64,000 nucleotides of DNA. It comes from Rebecca billardiae RCC1528. Taxonomy: Eukaryota; Protista; Haptophyta. The first letter of the stretch is position 1. The number at the start of each line of letters is the position of its first letter. Below, one piece after another: positions 32,616 to 44,135 of the stretch. Position numbers and translations under genes: made by a program. Below the pieces are notes generated by a model. It was not told where the DNA came from and made no database searches. It saw only the letters and a list, made by a program, of their open reading frames with translations. Location of the stretch: the NCBI GenBank assembly GCA_965240325.2, contig OZ251250.1:806001-870000 (forward strand), read 5' to 3'.

Positions 32616-32686
32616 GACTATATGTCGTTCGTATACGGGCCTGCTGAATCGGACCGTCGTTACCAATGCCATTTGCCAAGCCGCTT

Positions 32687-35600
32687 TAGTGGGGTCAGAG
32701 CTCCGACCGTTACACTCCCGAGTGACACAATCTCCCGAAATCTGGAAATATGAAATATCTCCTCAGTTTATAACTGTTTGAGTCCGTTTAAGTTCGTTTA
32801 GGCTTAATTCCAGGGTGTAGAATCCGCGCCTGTGCCAATTTCAGACTGTCAAAATGTGATCGTCTAGCAGGTGCGATTCTGCGCCGCGTTTCTGAAAGGC
32901 TTGGCTTGCGAGCCGGCGAGATCGACACGCGGAGGACAAAAGAAAATCATATTCCTGCTTCGTCGCACCAATAGACTAAACGAAGATCGGACGGAGATCG
33001 TGGTCTTCAGATGCAAGACCTGGAAGCCCCCCTTGGGAGTTTTCAGTTGGGGCTCTCAACGCGGCCCGGCGAGGCGGACTTCTGAGGATTCTGAGGATCC
33101 TGGAGCAGGCGGCCGGCGGGCGAGCACACGACGCCGCCCTGCGGCGGGGAGCCGTCCGCGCCGTGCACGCTCACTGGCACCCACGTCTCCTCCGCCGCGC
33201 TGCTCGCCTCCCGCCGGAGTCCACGTCGTCTGACCGACGCCCGTCGGCACGTGACGTTCACGTTGCCCACGTCGCGCTCTCAGTGGGAGCGCGACGAGCA
33301 CGCGCTGCCCGCACCCTTCGATGCTTTCCTCTTCGCATCGGGCGCGCTTGTGCTGTGGAGCCTGCGCGTGCAGGAGGAGGAGCTCTTTCTCAATCAACGT
33401 CGTGCGCGCCCGCCTTCATTCACGCTGCGCCGCGCGGAGGGGGAGAGCGCGCGCGGCTGGGCGCCGCTCGGCCGGCTGCTGGGCTCGCGCAAGTCGGAAG
33501 TTCCGGCGCTCGACCTGACGCTCCCCAGCGAGGAGGCCGAACAGATGGATGTCCCAGCTGCGGCTCACTGTGAGAGCAGCTTGTGGGAGCGGGCTCCTGC
33601 ACGGCACGGTTTGTAAACAAGGTTGTCGACGCCCAGGGTGGGCTGGCTGCGGTGAAGCTCAGGGCGTCCACCGACACCAGCGCAGCCAGGCGTGAGGCCC
33701 GCCTTCTCAGGAAGCACAGGTACGCGTCCAAGGCGTTGCCTGGATGCAGCATGCAGCTCACGAGTGCGGCCTCGTCGCCCGCCGCACGGTGCGCCGTTCT
33801 ACGCGGCCATGAACTCGTACGGAGGCACTCGCGGCGTACGCGGGTAGTGGGGAGGGCAAGCACAGACTATGGAATTGTCATGTCTTATCACTCTGGCATC
33901 GAATCCAAGGTCAGCCCGGGCAGCACGCTCGCGGCAGTGCACGCCGCTGGGTTCACCAAATCGGCCGAGGCCCGTGCAGACTCGTGACGATGCCGAGTTG
34001 GCGAGTTATTGCAGCGCCGGTGCGCACGGCGCCCCGCGTCAAAGGCCCGCGACGACTCTTGGGAGCTTGGCACTAGACGGACGACAGCGCGGTGGGCGTC
34101 GTCGTCACTCTGCTGCCCGCCAGTCACTCAATATACAGATGACGATCATCATCAGAGCATGCAGTCACCGCGTGTCGAACTATCGCGATTGGCGAGTGCC
34201 GCCGCCGGACCAGACTCATGTCCCATCACGGGACACGGTGCCATCACGTCTGACGGATACTCGGATCTAGCAATAGCGCCAGCAATTCATCTAGATACGA
34301 CTTCTAGCGCCGGTCCGACCGGCGGCGGAGACGTTCCGCCGGCGGCGACAGAAGTGGTGACGCCGCCCGCACTGATGGCGCAGCGCCCGGATCTGACACT
34401 GACTTCTGAGTCGGACTCGGATCGGGATGAGGAATTCAGGAAGTAGGTGAACAACGACGAGTATAATAATAACGGGCTAACATGCGCGCGCGGCGGCCCG
34501 ACGTCGGATGAGTCGTCGGAACGAATAGGCGGAATAACGTCCTGGAATCGGCACGACTCGGCGGCGCGCCACGGCCCGCCGGTACTACTACACGGTCCGA
34601 TAGTTATACCGCCGTTATTATAGCAGTACGTACGCGGCCGTAATCCCGTATAGTCGACGACCGGTAGTCGTCGTCGCCGAGCGATCATTCGCGGCGAATC
34701 AACACGCGCGGCTCACCGCCCGGCAAAACAAGCGTTGCACTCCACGCTGTGATCCTCTGGCCCGGTCTTGAGGACGTCGCCGCATAACTCCATCAGCTCA
34801 AATGCGACCTGCGGGAGGTGAAAACGGCACATGCCGCGGACGCCAGGCCCTAACGACATGATGAGCTTGCCCGCCGCGGACCGGCCCGCCACCACCCTTT
34901 TGATGTGCATCCGGCCGATCGACTGCGCAGCGAGTCTGGCCACGCAGAGGCAGCGTCGTGAAAGGCGTCGCCATCGTCTTCATCCATGTCACCGTCACCG
35001 TCGCAAGAGCCGTGGTGAGCGCCTATAGGAAGGCCGGCGACCCCAACCTGCGGCGCGACGCAAGCCCGGGGCCTGCCGTGTACAGACCAGTGGCCGGGCC
35101 CGCATCACAGAGCTGCAGTGTTGGTCGGCTGGAGTTGAATACGATGCCTGGTCTTTCAGCCCATCTTCCAATCCCCAATCCCACTTGAGTTGCGACCATC
35201 GCCAGCCCAAGGGCCGTAAGGGCACCCAACTCCCAGTGCGGAGGTTGGGGCGCCTCTGTTGTGCTCGCCTCCGTGAGTGCCCGCGGTGAGTGGCCCGTCG
35301 CCGAAGACGCGGGAGGCGAGGGTGCGGGCATGACGGGGCGCCGCGGCGGGCGGCGCGCGGCGGGCGGCGCGCGGCGGGCGAGGCGGACAGTGCTGATGGC
35401 GAGGCGGAGGTGGAGGCGGAGGTGGGGGCGAGCCGAGCGCAGCTCGGCTGAGGCCACCGGACGCGCGACGAGTCGAGCAGCCGACCGCCGGGAACGGAAG
35501 TGAGTCAGGCGGACATGGAGGCTGCCCGTAGGGGCCTGCAAGCCAAAGTGCGGGCGGGCGCCCACGCTTGCCCCTGCGTGCCCGGTGCAAGCAGCCCGAG

Positions 35601-36589
35601 CGCTCCGTTTGCTGCTGGCGCGCACGGCACGAGTGAGCTCGCGCGCCGCGTTGGCAACTGCCGATTGCACGGGCCGAGAGGCGAAAGAGGCGAGCCTGGC
35701 GGACTCACGCGCGTGTCAGGAGAGCATTGACCCGCGCCGCTCAGCGGCGAGCCGTCCGGGTTCGGCATCGCCGCCAGTCATCCAGGCAGAGCGCTCGACG
35801 TCGCGCCCTCGCGCAGCGTTTGAAGCACGCCGGCCGGACGCGAGTCGCGAGGCCACGAGACAGACAGAGGCACCTCAACCTCCGAGCTGGCCGCACTGGG
35901 AGTTGGGTGCCCTTACGGCCCTTGGCCAGCCGCCGTCTTCGCCATCAGCGTCGGCGGCTAGCTGCCTTGAACCTCACGGAGCCAGCGAGCCAGCGGCTCC
36001 CCTCGCTTTGACGCGCTCTACTCGAGTCTCGACCCGAAGCCCTTCCGCTCGCAAGCGATCTCGTCCAGGCCTCGTGGAGGTGGAGAAGGACACAAAAAAG
36101 GAGCGAAGATTGCTGAGATGCTAAGGAGATTGCGGCCAAGCCATCATGCCTTCCGGGACGACCATTGGCTCGTTTTCTTCCTGATTCCAGTCTTTCGCCT
36201 GATGGTATTGAGATAATATGTCTCACTTTGGCGACCGCTCATTTTTCGATCCCCCCCCAACCGACCAATGGGAAGGCGGAGCCGCGACTCGCTCTGAAAA
36301 TGCGTGAATTGTTTCGCGGTCTGGCGGACCGGCCCGTGGAAAAACGCAGCGGTGCAAATAGCGAGATCACCTTGGAGATCGTGTATCTCCCCTACTGATG
36401 TTGCCGAGATCGCGTCGAGATTGAGATCGTATATCTCCAGTATGTGACATTTTTTCGCAAAACTTGTCAGCGTGACCCCAGGTCATTTCAGGCGAATATT
36501 GACATCCCGAAGTTTGAGAGCCTCATCTCAAGACGACAGAAAGTTGGATTTTGGGCCACACACGCCACAGTGGGGCTCTGACCCCTCTA
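32687..36589. mobile_element. Degenerate hAT-like DNA transposon (~3.9 kb)
   Basis: TIRs TAGTGGGGTCAGAGCTCC / GGGGCTCTGACCCCTCTA (16/18 match). TGCCAAGC lies at 36590-36597 and at 32674-32681, the latter offset from the TIR by 5 nt. AT-richer subterminal regions and possible decayed hAT dimerisation-like peptide on the minus strand (~33380-33560). Confidence 0.6.
35208..35924. mobile_element. Nested MITE with CAA..TTG ends and 7-bp TSD (P-element-like)
   Basis: Perfect ~34-bp TIR CAAGGGCCGTAAGGGCACCCAACTCCCAGTGCGG, extending imperfectly to ~55 bp. GCCAGCC at 35201-35207 and 35925-35931. Confidence 0.85.
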
Positions 36590-36882
36590 TGCCAAGCCCA
36601 ATGGCAATGACTCCCGGATGACGTCTATGCCCCCTGAGTCGTCTAAGCATATCATCGTCGTACGTACTGCATGTCGACTGTATATATCGCGTCATCGTCG
36701 CGTATCTGTGCGTGTATATATCGTCGTATCGATCACACTGCTCACAGTGTCAGTGAGTCATCGTCGTCGTCGGCCGCACTCAGCCGCCCGGACACTGACA
36801 CTGCCGCTGCACGATTCACGAGCGCCGCATTCGCGCGCCTGCTCGCTCTTATATTCATCCGTAGATTAGCAGCGCCGCGCGC

Positions 36883-38301
36883 TCACGCACCAGCAACCGC
36901 GGCGGCATCCGCAACGCCATCCGTGCTGAAGTTTGGCTTCTGCTTGCTCCCATCGACGTCGTAGTTGTTGCCGGAGTCCGCGAGCGGGTCCATCGTGACA
37001 TCATCCGGCAAGGACGCGCGCCGATCCGCAACGGCCGGGAGCTCGCTCCCGCGCCGGCGTGCGTGCCGATCGACGAGCTCAGCCACGATGGGCGCGCGCA
37101 CAGGCTTGGGCTGCGTCGCTGTGAAGCACTCGTTGTCCACGACCGCCTCTGCGGAGATCGCGATGATCGGCACATCGAGGCCGAGCTCGTGCCGCGCGAT
37201 GCGCGCCGCCTGCGGGGCACGCGTGTGCGTGGCGTGCGTGCGTGCGGGTGAGCGCCGTGCGCGTGCGTGCACCGTGTGCGTGCGTGCGGGGCGGCACGGA
37301 CAGAGCGCGGGCGGGAGTGTGCACGAGTGCAAGCGGGGATGGATGGCGGGGGCGGCGCGCCTCGGCGCACCTCGTGCCCGTCCATGTTGGGCATGCGGAT
37401 ATCCATGAAGACGAGATCAAAGTCTCTGCCTGACGGCCGGCACGTCAAAGGGGCGCACGCGCGCGCGCCAGCGGCGCAGAGGCAGGGTCAGCGGGGGGCG
37501 CGCGAGGCTCGGGCGCGGCGCCGTGCGGCGCGCGCGCGGACAGTGACGCGATGGGCCGCGCGCTCGCGGGCACGCACCTTCCTGCTGGGCAGCCTTGAGC
37601 TTGGCGACGGCGACGGCGCCATCCTCCGCCGTCTCGTACGTGCACCCGGACTTGCGGCAGGCGGAGCTGAGCACCTGCCAGGCGGGAGAGCCCAGCGCGC
37701 GCACGCGGCGCACACGGCACACGCGCGCACGCACACGCACAGCGGTGAGCGAGCGTGCGCACGCGGCCCTCGCGCGGAGCCCCGCCCGCGCGCACACCGC
37801 GCGCGCGCACCGAGAGGCACAGCGCCGAGTCGTCCACCACGAGCACGTGCGGCGCGAGGCTCGCCTCAAAGACGCCGCACCGCGCGACCGTCTCTGCGCG
37901 CGGCTTGTGCAGCGGAGCCGGGTTGGACGCCGAGATGGCGTGAGGCGAGAAGCCGAGCGAGGGCTCGCGCCGCCGCTTCATCGAGCCGGACTCGGGCCAC
38001 TCGCTCTCGCCGCTCGCGTCGCTCGGCGAGGGCGGCACCGCCGGCGGCGGCGCGCTCGCCGCCGCCGCCGCCGGCTCATAGCTGAGCTCGGGCAGCGGTG
38101 CGCCCGCCTCCGCCTCCGGCCTCGGCAGCTCAAACCAAAAACGGGTGGCGCCCGGCCTTGACTCGTAGCGGAGCTCACCGCCGAGCGCGCCGACGATGGC
38201 GTAGCACAGCGAGAGCCCCACGCCGATGCCTTCGTTCCCGCTCGACAGCGACAGGTCCGACTCCAGCCGGTCCCGAGCGTCGGGCGCGGCGGCCGCAGCG
38301 C

Positions 38302-38353
<52 letters not shown>

Positions 38354-39715
38354 GCCGGCTGGCGGTTGGCGGTAGCGCTTGAACGTGTACGGGTCCTTCG
38401 GGTCGAGGCCCTTGCCCGTGTCGCACACGGAGAGCGTGAGGCCGTGCGCGCCGTGCGCGACGCGCAGCGTCACCGACCCGCTGCGCGTCGCGTGCGCCGC
38501 GTTGCGCAGCAGGTGCTCGAGCACGCGGCCGAGCGCCGCGCCGTCCGTGTGGACCGCAGGCCCGCCGGGTTCGTACTGCAGGAAGAGACGCACGCCCGGG
38601 CGCATGGCGGGCAGCGCGAGCTCGACGGCGCCCCGGCAGAGCTCGAGCGCGCTGTGCGGCGCCTTGCGCACGGGGAACTCCCCGCCCTCCTCCAGCCGGC
38701 TGCAGTCCGAGAAGTCCACCGTCATCTCGCTGATGCGGCGCACAAGCCGCGCGGCGCTTGAGAGCGCCCGGCCGTTCTGCTCGGCGAGCTCGGCCGCCGA
38801 CTTGGCGCCGTCGGCGTGGAGCTCCTCGAGGGCGTCGATCTCGTGGAGGAGCAGGTGGCAGGGCGTGCGGATCAGGTGGAGCGTCCGGCTCACGAACGCG
38901 TCGAACAGCCGGCGCGTGCGCAGCGCCTCCGCGAGCAGCGCCTCGCTGCGCGCCTCGCTCACGCGCCGACCAGTGTCATCTCGGATGAAGCAGCGCGTGT
39001 GGTTGAACTCGCCCGCCTTGGTGTAGTTGACGTTCGAGTCGATGAGCAGCGGCACGATGCGGCCGTCCTTCGCGCGGAAGCGCACGGGCACGTCGCGGAT
39101 CGTCGCGCCCGAGCCCAGCTGCTTGAAGATCTCCAGCACGAGCTCCTTCTCGTCCGGGCAGAAGTTCATGATCGGCTGGCCGATGTACTCGTCCGCGGAG
39201 TAGCCGAGGACGCGGAGCTCGGTGTTGTTGGCCCAGAGGACGTGGCCGGTGGAGGAGAGCCAGTGCATCGCGATCGGCGCGTTCTGGAAGAAGTCGAGCA
39301 GCTCCGCGTCCTTCTCGCGCTGCTGCTCGTCGGCGTCCGTGACCGTGTCGAGCGTCGCGCACACGCGCCCGTCCGCGCCGAGCCGCACGCTCACGTCGAA
39401 GTGGCGCGGGCGCGGGTAGCCCTCGGGGCCGGCGATTATGAGCATATTCACGTCGCGCGCCCTCGCCGTCGTGCCCGCCGCGCCGGCGCGCGCGCGGCCG
39501 AGCGCTTCCGCGAGCGTCGCGCCGGCCGGCTCGTCCGCGGCCGCGTCGGTCAGAGCCATGTGCTGCAGCTTGAAGAAGGGCCCGACGAGCTCCTCGAAGG
39601 CGGGGTTGACGAGGACGGGCTTGTTCCCCTCGTCCAGGAGCGCCATCGCGAGCGGCGCCGCGGCGAACGCCGCCTCGAGCATGTGCGTGCGCGCGTCGTC
39701 GCCGGTTGCCGTCAT
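36883..39715 (-). CDS. Soluble hybrid histidine kinase PAS-PAS-HisKA-HATPase-REC, 4 exons
   Basis: PAS (DFFQNAPIAMHWLS...HTRCFIRD), H-box TLHLIRTP, N-box LLRNA, DTGKG, GIGVGLSLC, and receiver VLVVDD...FDLVFMDIRMPNMDG...IIAISA...KP. Introns 37675-37810, 37430-37577 and 37210-37370. Confidence 0.92.
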
Positions 39716-40775
39716 TCGGCCGTGGTCAACGAGTCGCCCCCACGGCCAGGCTTGTGGTGGACCTGCGAAGTCAGTCAGGGGGGAATCGTGCTGACCTGAT
39801 TGACGTCAAAATCCCCCACGAACCAGCACTCCTTAAAACATGGGAATCCTGTGACTCTGTGAGAATTCTGCCAAGGGCGGATTCTGCGATCTCGCGCTGG
39901 GGTGCGATGAGGGAGATTGCCAGATTGGTATGGCGGCAATCGACCCACACCCACAAGCGTGCAATATGCTCATTACCCACAGTTCAGTATCTAAACTGCC
40001 AGGAGACAAGGAGATCGTACTTATCATGGACCGGTAGTAACTTTTCAGTTTTCTGTGATACCTGACTCATTCCGCATGATTTAATTAACGACACAGACGA
40101 CGCGGGTCTCCTGATTCGTCGGCGGCAGTGCCCGATCGTCGACACGAAGTCGGCGTTGGTGGCAGAGCATAGCCTGCACCGCGATCGTAAAGCTTGAGCG
40201 CGGCCTTGAGCTGCTGAAGCGCGATCCACCTGCGCTGCGCGGCTCGCATGGACCTGCTGTGCCCCGAGCAAGGGCGAAAGTGCAGGTCCGGATGTCAGCT
40301 GGCAGTCTCAGCCGCGGGTAGCAGCTGGTCGTACCTGCCCCGTGCTCACCCCGGGCGGTCGCGTACGCGCTTGCTGCTCGAGCCAGCTGGCTGGCTGGCG
40401 GCGGCTGGCGCTGCGGCGTCGTCCAGGGTGCGCTTTGCCCGCTGCGGCGACGCCTCCTCGTCGTCCAAGTCGTCGCCCGGGGGCGAGTCTCGGTCATCGT
40501 GGAGGGGGGCAGCAGGGGCTGGCGTGGGCGGTGCAGCGGTCGGCGCCACGGCGCGCCGCCTTGCGCGCCTGGCGTGACTATGATTCCCACGACTCCCAAC
40601 TACTATAGTACAGTTTATTTGTTTTAACGTGCGTAAGGCTCACGGTGGCAGGTTGCTGACAGTAGTCTACAGTGTTAGTGAGTCGTCGTAACCCGGAGTT
40701 CCGCCGCGGTCCGGTCAAGCAGATGACGGCCAGACACAGCCTCTCCGAGGGCCGCGAGCGTGAACCCGAAGCGCG

Positions 40776-43700
40776 CTACGGCTTGGCCTTTGTGGCGCCC
40801 TCGGGCTCGGTGCCGTCGCCCAGCCCGCGCGACGACGGCTGCTGCGAGTGCAGGGCCACCACCGACGGCGCGCCCGAGAGCGCCGTGTCTTGGGAGTAGC
40901 TCGAGCTGGCACACGAGGACACAGCCGAGTGGCGGCTCAGGCCCTGCACGCCGCTGCCGCTGCCGCTCCCGGAGCCGGAGCTCCTGCCCCCGCCGCCGTA
41001 CCCGCCGCCGTAACCGCCGCCGTACCCGCCGCCCCCGGAGGTGTAGCACGTGGTGGCCGTGACGGAGCAGAAGCGCGCGCGGCTGCCTGAGCGGGAGACG
41101 AGCAGGTCCGCCGCTGGCGCGCTGCTGCCCCCCGGCAGCCGGCCGGCCTCCGAGCCGCGCGTCGCGAGGAGCGCGCCCTCCGTGCCCGCGCGGCGCAGCT
41201 TGCGCACCACGTCGCGCGGCTGCGGCGGCTGCGGCGGCGCGTCGGGCGCGGCGGCCGGCGCGGCGGCGTCGGCGCCCGCCGCCTCGCCCGCGGCGGGCAG
41301 CGCCCACTCCCGGAGGCACTGCTGCACGTACTGCGTGCCGTGCGCGTCCTTGTCGATGCACACGTCCAGCCCCGCCGCCTCGAACTCGTCGCGCTCGGGG
41401 CAGCCCTCCGGGTCGCCCGTCATGCCGACGATCAGCCCCGTGTACCCGAGCCGGCGCAGCGCGCGCGTCGCCGCCACGCCGTTCATCACCGGCATCTGGT
41501 TGTCGATCAGGACAAAGGCGTAGTGCTCGAGGCCGAGCGAGCGCACCGCGTCGACGGCCAGCTGGCCGTTCGCCGCCACGTCGAACGGCGCGCCCAGCTT
41601 GTGGAACACCTTGAGCTCGAAGGTGCGCCGCAGCACCACGTCGTCCTCCACGTACAGGCAGCGGAAGGCTCGCGGAAACGTCAGCTGCGTGCGCGCGCGC
41701 GCCGGCGCGCGCGCGTGCGGGGGCGGGGCAGAAGGGCCAGCGCCCGCGGCGCCGGTGCGTTCGGCCGAGGCGCCACCGCCCGTGCCGCCGCCGCCGCCGC
41801 CGGGCCCGACGCCCGCACCCGCGCCCGCCCCGCCGCCCTGCTCGGCCGCCGCGCCGTCCGCCTTGGGCGCGGCGCCGCGCCGCGCCTCGCCGTGCCAGCG
41901 CGCGGCGATTGTGTTGGCACTCGCGCTCAGGTCTGCAGAGTGGCTCTTGGAGTTGTACGGCGGCGGGACGATGGTCCCGTCGGTGGCGCGGCGCCGCGCG
42001 GCCGGGCGCGGCTGCGCGTGCGCCTGCTCGGCGCTCGGCGTCGCCAGCCCGGCGCTCGGCTGCGGCCCCGCCGCGCGGCTCGCGTCGGCGATGAGCGCCT
42101 CCGTCTCGGCCGCAGAGGCCGGCTCGAGCTGCAGGCCGAGAGTGAACGCCGTGCCGCGGCCGAGGCCGGGCGAGCTCAGCGTCAGCGTGGACTGCGCGTG
42201 TAGCCGCAGGATGCTCCGCACGATCGTGAGCCCGAGCCCCGAGCCGCCCGAGCCCTGCAGCGCGCCCTTCCCCACCTGGCTGAACGGAAGGTCCTCGTTG
42301 AGCGCCCGGACCTCAGCCTCTGAAAGTCCGGTGCCCGTGTCCTGCACGCGGATGACGATGCGCTGCATCGCCGCGGTCGGCGCGATCGCGCCCGTCGGCG
42401 TGGGGTGGAGCGGCGAGAGTGGCGGCGCGAGCCCGCCGTGCGAGGGCGTGGGCGACGCGCTCCGCGCGCCGCTGCCGACGGGCGAGATTGCCGCCGCGCC
42501 ACCGAGCGCGCCGCCCGCAGGAGCCGCCGCCGCCGCCGCCGTCGGCGACGCCGACGTCGACGTGGCGCCGCGCCGCCCTTCCTCGCCCGCGCGGCGCGAC
42601 GCGGCGGGCGGCGGAGAGCCGGACTCGCTGCCCGGACCCTCGGCGGTTTCGTCCGGCCGCTCGATCCGGACGGAGACGCGCCCGCCGCGCTCGGTGAACT
42701 TGAGCGCGTTGGAGAGGCCGTTGTTCACGCACTGCTGCAGCCGGCGCATGTCGCCGCGGAACGCAACGCCGCCCAGCTCGGCGGGCGGCGGCGGCACGAT
42801 CAGCCTCACCCCCTTTGCCTTGGCCAGGCCGGCGAAGGTGGCCCGCACGCTGCCGACCAGCTCGGAGAGGAGGAAGGGCTGGCTCACCAGCACCATGCGG
42901 CCCGAGTCGATCCGCTCAAAGTCGAGCATGTCCGAGACGATCGCCTGCATCAGCTCCGAGCACACGCGCAGCGTGCGCATCGAGTCTCTTACCACTTCCT
43001 CCTCGCCCTCCTCGCGCCCGGTGCTGCCCCACGGCGACACGGCGGTGCCGCCGGCGGTGCCGCCGGGCGATGGCCAGAGCAGCTCGTCGAGCGTGTCCGC
43101 CGTATTCGAGATGGCGAGCAGCGGGCTGCGCAGGTCGTGCATCGTCTGTGCGCGCGTGCGCGCAGGCGGGCGGGCCGCGCGGCGCGTGAGCGCGCGCGCT
43201 CGCGAGGGCCGGCGCTCGTGAGCGCGGCGGCGAGGGCGGCGGCCGCGCGCGCGCGCGCGCGCGCGCACCGCGCGGATGAGGCGGCTGCGCGCGTTCTTCG
43301 CCCCCTCGGCCTCGTGCGCTCGCGCCTCCGCCTCGAGCTGGCCCTGCTCGCGCGCCAGCCGCAGCGCGTGCTCGCGCCTCAGCGCGTGCGCGCTGTGCCA
43401 CCTGGCGCGCAGCGCCCGCGCGCGCTGGCCGGCCGCGCCGAGAATGAGCGCACAGAGGGCGGCGAAGAGGAGGAAGGACTCGAGGTCGGCCGCGTCGAGG
43501 GCTGCCGCGTCCCGCGCGCGTATCCCGAGCAGCGCGGCCGCCGCGCCCACCGTCAGCGCCGTCGTCGCGCCGAACAGCGCCGGCCGGAGCGGCAAGGTCA
43601 GCGCGACCATCGCGTGTGCGAGCTGCGAGCGCTGCAGCACGGCGTGGAGCGGCGCGCGCTGGCCGTCGGCGTCGACGCTCGAGCCGAAGACGAGCACGGC

Positions 43701-44135
43701 GGCGGCGAACAGCGCGCCGAGCACCGACGCGACCACGCCCTCGAGCGCGCGCACGCCGAGCGGCCGCGGCGCGCGCGCTCGCATCGCCAGCACAGCCGCA
43801 AAGAGAAGCGCGCACACACCGACGCCCGCGAGCTGGGCGGACGAGGTGGCGGTGAAGGGCTGGCCGCGCGCGTGATCGGCGATGGTGATCGCCAGCCCGA
43901 CGAGGCCAAGCACCGCCAACACGCGCATCGTCATCAGCTCGAGCGCGTTCTGCTCGTGCTCGCGTGTGAACTTGCGCTCCAGATCGGCGTCGCGCAGCTC
44001 GGACGCCCAGGTGAAGGCGGGCGGGCCGAGCACGGGCGTGTCGATGGTGTGCGCGGTTGGTGGCAGGGCCAGCTCGACGTCGGTGCCCTGCGAGTCGTGG
44101 GAGGGCCGCCCCACGGGCGGCACTCCATTCGTCAT
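40776..44135 (-). CDS. Multi-TM hybrid histidine kinase (membrane sensor-HisKA-HATPase-REC)
   Basis: About 6 hydrophobic helices, H-box MHDLRSPL, DMLDFERIDSG, NGLSNALKFT, DTGTGL, GSGLGLTI, and receiver LYVEDD...VLIDNQMPVMNG...IVGMTG...DK. In-frame 123-nt intron 43146-43268. Confidence 0.92.
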   Translation of the reverse strand: MTNGVPPVGRPSHDSQGTDVELALPPTAHTIDTPVLGPPAFTWASELRDADLERKFTREHEQNALELMTMRVLAVLGLVGLAITIADHARGQPFTATSSAQLAGVGVCALLFAAVLAMRARAPRPLGVRALEGVVASVLGALFAAAVLVFGSSVDADGQRAPLHAVLQRSQLAHAMVALTLPLRPALFGATTALTVGAAAALLGIRARDAAALDAADLESFLLFAALCALILGAAGQRARALRARWHSAHALRREHALRLAREQGQLEAEARAHEAEGAKNARSRLIRAVRARARARGRRPRRRAHERRPSRARALTRRAARPPARTRAQTMHDLRSPLLAISNTADTLDELLWPSPGGTAGGTAVSPWGSTGREEGEEEVVRDSMRTLRVCSELMQAIVSDMLDFERIDSGRMVLVSQPFLLSELVGSVRATFAGLAKAKGVRLIVPPPPAELGGVAFRGDMRRLQQCVNNGLSNALKFTERGGRVSVRIERPDETAEGPGSESGSPPPAASRRAGEEGRRGATSTSASPTAAAAAAPAGGALGGAAAISPVGSGARSASPTPSHGGLAPPLSPLHPTPTGAIAPTAAMQRIVIRVQDTGTGLSEAEVRALNEDLPFSQVGKGALQGSGGSGLGLTIVRSILRLHAQSTLTLSSPGLGRGTAFTLGLQLEPASAAETEALIADASRAAGPQPSAGLATPSAEQAHAQPRPAARRRATDGTIVPPPYNSKSHSADLSASANTIAARWHGEARRGAAPKADGAAAEQGGGAGAGAGVGPGGGGGGTGGGASAERTGAAGAGPSAPPPHARAPARARTQLTFPRAFRCLYVEDDVVLRRTFELKVFHKLGAPFDVAANGQLAVDAVRSLGLEHYAFVLIDNQMPVMNGVAATRALRRLGYTGLIVGMTGDPEGCPERDEFEAAGLDVCIDKDAHGTQYVQQCLREWALPAAGEAAGADAAAPAAAPDAPPQPPQPRDVVRKLRRAGTEGALLATRGSEAGRLPGGSSAPAADLLVSRSGSRARFCSVTATTCYTSGGGGYGGGYGGGYGGGGRSSGSGSGSGSGVQGLSRHSAVSSCASSSYSQDTALSGAPSVVALHSQQPSSRGLGDGTEPEGATKAKP

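Noticed and set aside
39000-39320. PAS domain as a LOV photoreceptor
   Set aside because: It lacks the GxNCRFLQ motif.
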